Below, one piece after another: positions 37,137-48,753 of a DNA stretch of 64,000 nucleotides. The notes below the pieces were generated by a model. The model was not told the DNA's origin. It was given only the letters and a program-made list of their open reading frames with translations, and ran no database searches. The position numbers and the translations under genes were made by a program. This DNA comes from Lepidodermella squamata (lineage: Eukaryota; Animalia; Gastrotricha): positions 2,728,001 to 2,792,000 of the forward strand of contig JBLDXI010000003.1 of assembly GCA_047495785.1 (NCBI GenBank). The letters are read 5' to 3'. Within the stretch, counting starts at the first letter, position 1. Every line of letters begins with the position of its first letter.

Positions 37137-39967
37137 ATGAGTTCAACACTGGAAGACTGCTGGCGGAAGGCGGGCAATAACCCCGTGAGCCTTGTCCAAT
37201 TTTACCTGGCCGATTTACAAAACGAGTGCGCCCGTCTCGGACTTCGAAAATGCGGCAAAAAGAGTAAATATTTTATTTCATTTTTTTGCCATCGAATTTA
37301 TAAAACATTTCCAGGTGATTTGATTGATAGAATCGATTCGAAATACCGAATCAAATTAGCAGCTGAAGAATCGGCCTCACTTCAAGCGGCTCATCACATG
37401 CCGATAGGTGATAAATCCAGCCAAAATTGCGGGTCAAATCAGGTCATCGTCAAACAAGAATCGATTAATTACACCGAAAACTGCGACTTGAAGCGCCGAT
37501 CGAGCTCACCTATTCAACAAGAAAATTTCGAAATTCCTAAACCAAAGCAGCCGAAGGTTAAATTAATTTTTTAAATTTTTTTTCACTCAATTTTGACCTT
37601 ATTTTCAGGTTGGCAATGGTTCGGAAAAAGAAGCTGCCCTTCTCAGTCGTTTGAGCAGTTTTTTGTCCAATGAAAATCTCATCTCTGGAAACGGGGCTGA
37701 TTGGTGCTGTGGGACCTTTGAAGACGCAGTCCCACTTACAAACATCTACGGCTGGGAAATGAAGTACCCGATAGACGAAGCAACAATCGGTCCAATGATT
37801 CGATTTTCCACGCCGACCGCCTTCGAAAATAGCGACAATGAAATAACGCTCGATTTGAACATTTGCAACAGCTGCCAAATTTCCGAGAGGACAGCTATCA
37901 AATTTCACCCGAATTGGCTCGGCGATTGTACTTCAAATTCTTCGCCTCTTCTCGAGAAAATTCGCCGCATCCTTTCGCCAGATTGCCGCGCTATTTCGGC
38001 TCATTTCGACAAGGCAGTCATCTACCCGCCTGGGGCTTACTTCAAAATGCATAAAAATTACCCGAAAAATGCGAACCATTTCGGAATTATGACGATTTAC
38101 CTACCGAATCGTTACAACGGCGGGAAATTAACCGTTCAAAATGGCGATATTCAGCGATGTTTCAAATTTTCGGCCGATGCAGACCAAGCTTTAAAGTTAG
38201 TAATGAAAAAAAATTCACATTTTTTTATAAAAAGTTTTCAATCAATAGGTGTAATATTGTAGCTTTCTCACTCGACTGCGAGTTCGAAATTCAACCTGTA
38301 ATTAGCGGCGCGTGTTTCACGTTGAATTACAACCTTTACTACAACGAAGACGTGAATTTTTCGGGTTTTTTCAACTCAGTCCCGCGAAACTCGAGCAATT
38401 TAAGCGGCTTGGAGCGGCGGATTGCTGAATGTTTTTACCAGCTTTTAACCGGTTGCCCATCTTGGCTGGGTAAACAGGCTGGTATAGCGCTGAATCACGG
38501 CGATTTTGACCTGGCTAATTTGTCGCCGATCCAACTCGAAAGGCTTGAACGCATTGTCTACAACGCATTGGTTGACAGTGGAGCTTTTAAGGTTCAACTG
38601 ATCGCCTTGCAGATTCGGCGTGCGAATAGCGATTACAGCCCTGTTTTGGAAATTCGGCGACTTGAAGCCCTGCCTCGGGTTGAGAGTGCTTCAAATTCGA
38701 GAAGAGATGATTCACCGCTGAGCATGGATGATAATCGTGTCCCGTCGAAGCAATCGCCCGATGATCGCGATTTCGATAAATTTGTCTTGCAAGATCAACT
38801 CGCGTCGTTTGCTGATCGAAATGGGACCTTTGACAACGTGGCTTTCATCAACGATTTTACTTGCGGCCGAATTTCAGAGTAAGCTGTCATTATTTTCTTC
38901 ATAGAGGATTTCGAAGAGATTCATTGCGAATCAAAAATCAACAGAAGACAATTTTAGAAAATTAGGAAATTTTAGACTCTCAATTTGGGTGTGACAAGTG
39001 TGCACCCTAAATTTAGGGTTCCAGCACTAAATTTGAGACTCCAGCACTAGATTTTCCCTAAACATATTTTTTTTCGAATTTCTAGTCTTCACTGGAATCA
39101 CAAATTTTTTGTTATCATGCCTAACCGATAGACCTTCATATTACGCGTATTTCGCGCTATGAGCGGTCAGTTTACGAATTATACTTCATCCTCTATAGCC
39201 GATATCGATTCCAAGTATCGATTTTACAAATCAGTGATTTTTCCGATATCAGCCGTCTTGGAACCCAGCATCAATAATTGTTCTGCGTAGCTTATGGCAC
39301 CATGCAGCTAAAATAATAATCCTAGGATCAGGGAAGGCATCAGTATCGGTCAAAAACCGAAAACGCCGAAATCGCAAAGAATCTAAAAAATTTCGTGCTG
39401 GAACCTCGTTTTTAGAGGTGGAAATACGTTGACCCTTGAAGATTAAAGTCGACTTTTAGAAACAATTAAAAGCCGGATAGGTTTCATGGCCCCTCCCTAA
39501 ACAATTTCCGATTATTTTTGATGAAATTGGTAAGGTATTCTTCTACAATTTCTCACTCCGAAATTTTAGGAAAAATCAAATCGATTAATTTTGGACTGAA
39601 AATTGTATTTTTCCTGATTAATTTAGAATTTTTTTTTTTAAATTCGAGGACGAAAATTCGAGCCCGCCTTAGGAAGCCGCTATAATGCTGGTTAAAGTCC
39701 ACCATTCCGGCTAATTGAAAAACTTGACGGAAATAAGGTGAAAATAGCGAAATTTTCAAAATAAGAATGAAAACAAGGAATCTCTTTGTCCACCTCTGCT
39801 TTAAATTTCAGAATTTCTTGAAGGAGGCTGATTTTATAAATCGCGTAAAGAAATATGTTTAGCCTTTACGTTTCTTGGCAGTTATCGTGGCTCCTTATTT
39901 ATGCTACTTTTTTCATTTCAGTTTCTACAACGTTGCCGCTATTTTGGTCAGCTTGAAAGACGTTTGA
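37137..39967 (+). CDS. SAP domain + degenerate 2OG-Fe(II) oxygenase-like protein, paralog 1 (multi-exon)
   Basis: LADLQNECARLGLRKCGKK/SDLIDRI (SAP); DKAVIYPPGAYFKMHKN...HFGIMTIYLP..YNGGKL...DCEFEIQPVISG.CFTLNYNL (double-stranded beta-helix motif order); last exon 39922-39967. Confidence 0.7.
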
Positions 39968-40206
39968 CTTCATAACAAAATCGCCGAATAAAATGTGAAT
40001 AAATGTGATAAAAAAAATGTATTATTTTACCGTAACTACAGCCAAATAATAAATTTATTGTCCGATAAATGTGTAATCTCGTGTTTTCTTTTCTGTTTTA
40101 CATCAATCAAATTTTCATTGTTTCTTGGCATCAGTTTCACTATATAATTTCACGTAAATATCGCTGGGAATGTTTCAAGTCTCAGATTATCGTATCGAAG
40201 GTATAT

Positions 40207-42537
40207 CTAATGATGGTGCTTGGCGCCGTTGCGGCGAGCGTGGCGTTTATGATGGTGCTTGTGCTTGCGATGGCGCTTGTTGTGGCGCGCCTCTTCCTCC
40301 TCGGAGTGCTGACGGTGAACTTCCTCCTCCTCACTGCCGAAATGTTCGAACTTCATCTGCACCGGGGTCAGCTTGTTCTTGGCCGGTTGTTGTTGTTGTA
40401 GCTTCAGGCTGTTCTGGCTCAACATTTGCTGCTGTTGCTGGTCGTTCATGTTGACCTTGACCTCGCGAACCTGAACCGGCGGCTGAACCATCGCGTCCGG
40501 GCGGTGCTGGACGGCAGCCTCAGCCATCGACTGCTGCTTGGCGGGGAACTGCTCCTTCTGGTTCATCTGCATCTGCTGCTGCTGTTGGTGGCGCTCTTCG
40601 ACATTAACAGGCTGTTGGCGGTGGTAGGAAAGGGTGTGCCACAACTTGTTGTCGCGCTCTTCGACAGCCTCGTGCCGTTGTTGCTGCTGCTGTTGATGTT
40701 GTTCGAACTGCTGCGGTTGCTCTTGATGGTAGCCGGTCGACAAGAACGTCTGCTTGTGTTCAACCTAAAAAAACACAGATGATTAATATCGAAATTCACG
40801 AGGTCACGAGGTCATGAGGTCGGGCCATGTCCCTTAAGTAACGCAAGCAAAGAAAATACTCGGAAATGGGTTCAGAAACTCTAAAATTAGAGACGAAGTC
40901 ACATCACATGGCCATAAAATTTTTAGAAAAATTTAAATAAAATCACGAGAATATTAATCAAGTATGTCCCTTGTTAATGGGATTAAAAAAGTCCGGAGAA
41001 ATTGGGTCCAACCGGGTAAAATACCGGAAATTACCGAACCAGTTACCATCGGGGTTTTCTGGGTATTCTTCGGATTTTTCTTTCTTTCTTCAGTTAAATG
41101 GAATATTCTATCGGTAGGTTTAATTTCAAAAAAAATTTGAATTTCCTACGATAAGTTGCCAAATTAAAAAATAGTTGTGCAACTTCTGGGACACTAGAAA
41201 ATCCGGAAAACTGGGATTAGTGCTGATAATTATCGAACCGGGTTTTTCCGAGGCTTCTTTCGGCAATTTCACCATTCTCCAGTGAAATCGTGTGGAAAAA
41301 ACGGGAAACATTCTGTTTATTGGTATGTTTGATTTTGGAAAGCAAGCCTAATTGCTTGCATAAATTCCCAAAAATTAAAAAAAAAATCTGAACAATTCCG
41401 AACAAATCCCCATCATTGCCGGTACATTTTTTAATGAAATATAGCTGACATTACATATTGATGAGCCAAGCCTAAACCCCTTTTAGATTATCGATGACAG
41501 AAAATCCCGCTCAAAATTCCTCAGGATGATTAAAAATTTCGAGGGACGTTAAAGAAGGACCATAACCTAAATTTCAATCGAAAATTCAATTGAAATCTTT
41601 GCTGAAAGGTTTAAGCGCTTAGTCAGGTCCAATATACCAACATATCGATAGAGTCTTTCCGGGAAAGTAGAGAGGGATTTCCAATAATTTTCAAACTAAT
41701 TCAATGTGATTTCTAACCTGTTGCTGTTGGTGGTGTTGTTCCTTATGTTGGTAGTGGCTGTTGTGCGACTTGGACTCGTGGTGCTGCTCCTCTTGGTGCA
41801 TCATCATCTTCGCGAACTCGCTGTCCTGCTTCTCAGTCTGGGACGACGGGGCCTTGCGGCTCTTACGCTCCTCCTGGTACTTGGTCCACCAGGTCGGCAC
41901 CGGGTACTCAGGGAACGGCCATTCCTCAACCGCCGGCTGTTCGTGCTGCAGCTGCTGATGGTGGGCCTGGGGCTGGGACTGGTGGGCAATCACCGGCTTG
42001 GCAGCGACCTTCTCATGCTGGTTGGTCAGTTGTTGCTGTTCGTGCAGCTTCTCCTGCTCCTGGTCCTGGTGCGAGCGCAGGCGAACCTGGGCGTGTTGGT
42101 GCTGCTGATGCGGGTGGTACTGGTTGGCCTGGCGTTGAAGCTGGACAACCATTTCATTCAAATGGCCACTCTGAACAGGGACATGAGGAACACCAGCCTC
42201 GTCACGACGGTGCTGTTGCTGCTGCTTCATCATCGGAAGGCGAGGCGACATGGTGGTTTCAACATCACGAAGTTTTCGGTCCGATTTCTGTTGCTTCTTC
42301 ACCGGCTGGTACTTGGACGGCTTCTGCTGCTGGGGCTGGTTGCGGGGGCGGCGGGTAGTCGCCTCGACACGGCCTCGCCTCGGCTTGTAGCTCATCGATT
42401 CTTCGGTAGATTCGCTGAATTTAGCAGCGAACGCTATAAAAACAAATTTAACCATTAATAAAAAAATATTGAAAAAAATCAGAAAAATTACCAGCCGCGA
42501 ATAGACCGCAAACAACTGCCAGAGCTAAAATCCTCAT
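40207..42537 (-). CDS. Secreted Gln/His-rich low-complexity protein (exons 42537-42492, ~42433-41718, 40764-40207)
   Basis: 46-nt signal exon MRILALAVVCGLFAA, phase-1 intron, ORFs 41691-42515 and 40207-40743 in frame; ends ARRNGAKHHH. Confidence 0.8.
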
Positions 42538-43747
42538 ATTTTATGTAATTTCTATTACAAAGGTGAGAAAATTGTTTTTGTGATAGCTATAATTTGTTGA
42601 CTGAAAAAAGCTTTTATGAAATAAATTTAATTTCAATCGCTATTCGGTTTTTTTGTGAAGCGCGTGCCTCATATTATTACACGCGCGTCTCGCGTTATTG
42701 CGCAATGACACGCGATACGGCTTTTTTAGCGCCAAAATAGCACGTGTTTTATTCACCGGTGTTCAATTTTTATTTTGAAGTCTTTTTTCGTTGTACCGCA
42801 GGGCGACTTTCAGTGCATAGCAAGATCTTATTTCTTAGATCAAACTGAGCCGAAGAGATAAAACAAGGCGAGAGATTATCGCGCTGCCAAGTAAATAAAA
42901 ATGCGCAAAAATAATATTGAGATGAGGAATATAACGCGAACATAAAAATAATAATTATTCGGGGAAATTCTGATGAAAACATTGCTAAGCTGAAGAGCTA
43001 ACAACAACAAGTCGTTTACACCAACTCCGCCGAGGGAAAATCAAGTTCATTTCAAGGTTTCTTCGATTTCATTCCTTTTTCAACCATATATTATTGTCCC
43101 ATTATTTCATGAAAAAAGCGTTCTTCTTACTTCTGATTGCTCTCCACAAATCCAGGCTATTACTTTCAATGGTAATAAAAGTGTAAAAAAACGGCTACTA
43201 GGGTTGTTCCCGACAGATCGAACTATTGCGCTCTCAATTATATTTCATCCTCTTTATTAGCCGCAAAAAAACCGCAACTTGTTTGCCCGCGGCAACAAAT
43301 GAGCGCTATCAATCATAAGCGCATTATATGCTTAATATGGCGGCTAACAACAAGCGCAATGAGTGTCTTACCAGACATCGGGGTTCACATAGTGCGGCTA
43401 TCAATCATAAATGCCGCTGTTTTTACGATTGGATTGCAACCACCTGTTTCGAACCGGTTCCCATATTTTATAGCGTTCGCCCACACAAAAAGTAGATTCC
43501 CGATTTATTACAGCGCTATTGTTGCATAGCGTGTTTATCATTTTCGGGATTTAACCACCAATAGTTGTTTTGTCGGATATTACGATCCAGCGATTTCTCT
43601 GGAGAGAACATTTTTTATTCAGTATTTTAAAAGAAAATTTCTTGTTTAAAATGTAATCATATTTCGCAAATTTAATACCTGTTGCAAATGAATATTTTTA
43701 GACCTATTTAGATAGCAATATTGTAGGTTTTTTTCGTATATTTAACG

Positions 43748-46017
43748 ATGTTCGCCACCAGGCTAGCAGTTCTAGCCGCGACCTGCGTAATACTAGCAGC
43801 AGCCGAGAAAAAAATTGTCTCGACAATTGAAGTGAGTCATTTTTTATTTCACTCAGCGGTTTCGGGTTTCTATTTTCTTGATCGATAATGATACCCCGAC
43901 TTATTGTTTTAACTATACTTGGTAACATCAGGTAGCTAGAAAAATTCCGAGAATTAAAGTCCTATACAGTTCGGAATAGACTGATCATAGCGCAAAATAA
44001 AATAGTGAAATCTATCGGTCTGGCATGATAATACAAAATTCAGATCCCAAGGCCCAGGGGCAGCCTGAATTTCAAAAAAACCAAAAAACCAAATTTTCGG
44101 AAATTCTACAATTCTGGAGCTTCAAATTTGCCATGCCCTTTCGAATATTGATAGTTTCCGAGTATCAATAAAAAATCCCAGAAAATGTTGAAAATTTGAG
44201 AAGGCGACCTTGGTTACGTTTCAGAAAAGCTTGTTTCCGAACACAGTAACTTCGCACCGCTAGGATTAGGAAACTTAGAAATTTGACAATAATTCAAGAA
44301 TTCTTCCTTAAAAGTTCCTTACACGTTTTGAAATTTGCGCCGCACAGTTGAAGCAGAATTTCATCCAAACATGAAATCGACAGTTTTCCTTGTAGATCCA
44401 TGATTGAGATCTACTGGGGGCAAGATATATAAAGATTTCAATTTTTTATTAAAATGGAGGGAATATTTTATCAAAACCTCTCACTCACATGATTTTAAAA
44501 CCATATTCTACTTTTCAGCAAGAGCCATTCTTGCGCGACCTTGGCAATGGAGTTTTCGAGGGCTACTTGGTCGATCTCCTCGAAGCCGTCTCAAAACGCG
44601 CCGGTTTCGAGTACGAATTCCGCCTCGTCCCCGATCGCATGTACGGCCGGTTGGATGATGCCACAAATCGCTGGACCGGCATGATGGGCGAACTGGTCGA
44701 TAAGCGAGCCGACCTGGCCGCCTCGCCGTTAACCATCACCGAACAACGCGAAAAATACGTCGATTTCGTGCCATTCATGGAGACTGGAATATCTATCATG
44801 ATGCTGAAGCCTGAGTTCGTTAAAACGGGTGTCTTCTCTTTCCTCGAACCGCTGTCTAACGGCGTCTGGCTATGCTTCGCCGCTGCTTATGTTGTAGTCA
44901 CCCTATTGCTGTGGTTCATCTCGCGCCACAGCCCTTGCGAGAATAACGGCACCCAAGAGTTGGTAGAAGCCAGCCCATCTGCTGCTGTAACTATGAGATC
45001 TCGATCAGTTTCCGGCCGCTTTGTCGGCGCAGTTTGGTGGTTACTGACCATCATCGTCCTCGGATCATACACCGCTAATCTCGCGGCGAACATTGCTGTT
45101 GACCGAATGACTCAGCCTATTTTAACCCCGGAAGATTTAGGCCGCCAAAATGTGGTCCGAATGGGCGTTGTTGGCGGTGGGGCGACTTACCTGTTTTTCA
45201 AGCATTCTTACGACCCACTGCACCAGCGCATGCTTCAGTCTATGAACTTGGACCCGGCGCATAGTTACGTGAAAACTGTACCCGAGGGCGTTGAACGGGT
45301 GCGTAATTCCAATGGGCGTTACGCGTTTATGCTCGAGTCGAAATCGAATGACTACTACAACTCGCGGGAACCATGCAATACGTACAAGGTCGGGCGAAAT
45401 CTCGACACGAAATACTACGGCATCGCCTTCCAAAAAGGATCCTCATTGAAGTGAGTGAATTAAAATTCGGAATTTTTCAAAAATTGATTTTAAATTTTTT
45501 AAATTTTATGGAAAAAATTAATTTTTTACTTTCCCTTTGCCAATGATTACCCAATATTTTTTCATAAAGGGAAACCTTCGAAACAGAGATCAAAGTATTG
45601 CGAGATAGCGGCGAATTGGAAAGGCTGGAGAGCAAATGGTTCGATAACAGCGAATGTGGCGCAAATTCTGGCCAATTGAAAGTTTTAGCAAATGTAAATT
45701 ACTAATTTACTTTGCCAAATAAAAATTTATCTCAATTTTGAATCTCTAGGATGATGGAGGCAAATCTTTAGGTCTCAATAACCTGGCTGGGGCTTTCTAC
45801 GTTTTTATCATCGGCATCGTCATTGGACTAATAGTCCTCGCGATAGAATTTTTCAACGCAGCTAGACAGGAAGCTACCAGCCAAAATGTGAGCTTTGCGT
45901 TTTTTCAAGATTTAAATTTTTACTAACTCCTATTGAAAATTAAAGGCACCGATTGGAGAAGTTGTTAAGCGTCGACTCGGCTACAGCCAGCCCGAAGCGG
46001 CGAGCACATCAGCCTGA
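43748..46017 (+). CDS. Minimal AMPA/kainate-like ionotropic glutamate receptor 1 (no ATD, no M2); exons 43748-43831, 44519-45450, ~45570-45681, ~45750-45887, ~45946-46017
   Basis: Signal peptide then S1 (EGYLVDLL, WTGMMGEL, PLTITEQR), M1, M3 SYTANLAA, S2 (FMLES, YYGIA), KW..C, M4 LAGAFYVFIIG. Confidence 0.9.
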
Positions 46018-46391
46018 AATTGCGTCATTTAATTGCCCCAATAATCGTGTTATCTCCAGAGCTCACCCTGTGGCTCATCTTTGACTCATATTCTCATTAA
46101 AAAAATAATTACACCTGAATAATGCGCTTATTATAAATGTATTTTTGCAATAATTATTTGTATTCTGCTTCCAGTAATTGAAAATGAATGTTCTATAAAT
46201 AAGTTGCCTTTGTCCTTGCAAGACCCTGCAATCTCGAAAGAATAAACCAACGAAATTGATTTTTTTACCCTTGATAGTATAGAACGATTAATTTCTTTTG
46301 AAATCTAAAAGAAACGACGGATCTCCAAATTTCTAGGTATTGTTTATGGCTTTGATTGCTAAACATTCTAATTTTATTTCTCATTTAGAAA

Positions 46392-48292
46392 ATGGCAATT
46401 TCAATCTTCATGGTGTTTGCTGGACTGGCCATTTATGCTGCTAATAGCGTTAGAGGAGAGAGAAAAATTGTTTCATCTATTGAAGTAAGTTTGAACTCGA
46501 GAATTTTTTGCGGAATTTCTGGGAAATCGGTATTAATTCGGTGAAAACGGATACCAAAAACCTGTGTCTCTTAGGCTTAGCTGGGGCCGGGTTAATGGGA
46601 CTGTCGCCAAAATTCACTCAAGTGTCATCAAAATCGATTTGCACAATTTATCATCTGGGACCAAACGGAATCCATTTCTAGGTAGATCTCGCCACCCTGA
46701 TGACTTTTTTCTTTGAGAGCGGCTTCCTAGCTATCACCGTTCTTGAGATAATCGCCCAGCTGTGACATCAGTAAGGTCACGTGACCAACTTGACACTGGA
46801 TTATCTCCGTAACGGTAGACGATAAAAATATGAGGTTTTCAAATTATTAATCCCCGAATATTTCCCTACCTAAATGGCGTGTGTCAATAGGGAAAGAAAA
46901 AATGATTAAATCTTGGTATTTTATAATGATTTTTTCCTATTATTCACAGAATTTGCCGTTTTTGAGGCGCATCAGTCAGTACCACTTTGAAGGCTACATC
47001 GCCGATATGATGGATGGCATCGCACGGCGTGCCGGCTTTCGCTACGACTTCCGCCTCGTCGGCGACGGCTCATACGGCTCCCTGGACGAGTCAACCGGCC
47101 GCTGGTCCGGCATTATGGGCGACGTCATCGACCAACGCGCCGATTTGGCCGCTGCTCCGCTAACTATCTCCGCCCTTCGCAGTAAATACGTCGATTTCAT
47201 TCCATTCATGAGCTCAGGAATTTCGATAATGATGCTGAAACCAGACTATGTCACAACAGGGTTTTGGTCATTTCTCGACCCGCTGTCTAACGGCGTTTGG
47301 ATTTGCCTGTTTTTCGCCTATTTTGCAGTCACCCTGCTGCTCAACCTCATCCGCCACTTCTCACCAAAGCCAGAAAATTGCGCTGAAAACCGCCCGATTT
47401 CCAGCCGATTTGTCGGCGTTGCTTGGTGGCTGCTGACTATTGTAATTTTCGGCAGCTACACGGCTAATTTAGCGGCGAATTTCACGACAGAGCGGCTGAA
47501 ATTGCCAATTTTGAGCGCTGAAGATTTGTCGCGGCAGAACATTGTCAAGTATGGCAGTTTGCGGAAAGGATCAACGGCTACGTTTTTCGGTAACAGCAGC
47601 GACCCGGTCTACAGTCGGATGTGGGCGGCGATGAAGTTGGACGAAACTACGTTTGTTAAATCGGTTGATGAAGGCGTTGAACGCGTGAGAAATTCGAATG
47701 GGAAATACGCGTTTCTGCTGGAATCACGCACGAATGAGCACTACAATTCAATTGAACCGTGTAACACGATCAAAATCGGCAAAAATCTCGATGAGAAATG
47801 GTATGGCATCGCGTTACCAAAAGGATCTCCTATGAGGTAATTTTCTGGAATTTTCTAGAATTTTTCTAAATTTTTTCTAGAACCGGAATCGAGCAAGCGA
47901 TTGAAGACATGCGAAAGAGCGGCGAATTGGATCGAATTGAAAAGAAGTGGTGGGTCGATAAAAACGTTTGTGGGCTATCTGCTGCGAAAACTGTGGTACG
48001 GTCTCTTGCCCTTCCGGATCATTATTAAAAGAATTTTCCAGGTACCCTACGACGGGAAGAAATCCTTAACTCTGGAAAATGTTGGCGGCTCTTTAGCCGT
48101 CTTTGGAATCGGATTGTTTACTGCTCTGGTCATTTTCGGCATCGAAATGTTTCTTCAGGCTAGAGTGGATTCGATTGATCAACAGGTAAATATAGAACGC
48201 TTAACCGGTTTTATCGTCATTTTTTCTCATTTATTTAGACCAATTTCAGTGAAGCCATGCGCCGTAAAATCAACTGCTGCGGTACAAACTAA
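46392..48292 (+). CDS. Minimal AMPA/kainate-like ionotropic glutamate receptor 2 (no ATD, no M2); same 5-exon structure
   Basis: Exon 1 46392-46484 (signal + ERKIVSSIE), exon 2 46950-47836, later exons encode KKWW..C and M4 VGGSLAVFGIG. Confidence 0.9.
46535..46925. repeat. Repeat family A, copy 4 (in intron 1 of iGluR 2)
   Basis: Shared blocks with the 15294 and 27419 copies. Confidence 0.75.
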
Positions 48293-48753
48293 AATGCTAC
48301 GAGAACCCGATGTGACAGTTATTTTAGCTCAATCAGTTTTAGATGTTTTGATTTATTTTCAATGTTTTGGATGTGAATTTGAAGCATTGCGGTGAATTTA
48401 GCTCAAAATTAATTTGACCTCGTTTTAACGGACAGCCAGCGGTGTAATAAAATGCGCAATGCGCGCAATGTGCGGTCCTCGCATTTTCAGCACTCATTTC
48501 ATTCACAGAATTATCGCGTAATCATTATTACAAGCTGCTCGTGTTGTGAGTGATGAAAAAGGGGCAGGACAAGGGCGGCTAAGCCACGTGTCAGACACGC
48601 GATCTGTTTTTTACACAGCAAGTTCAGATCGCTCTTTTTTGACATCATCTCAAACACTTCAGCTCTTTCATCAATCAAGCTGTAGCTACTGATCGGGCTT
48701 TCAAACATAATAGTAAACTGGGTGCTCACTTATTTAAGTCGCCGATAATCAAA

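Noticed and set aside
40069-42458. Leu/Val-rich ORFs that look like membrane proteins
   Set aside because: Antisense translation of CAG/CAC (Gln/His) runs.
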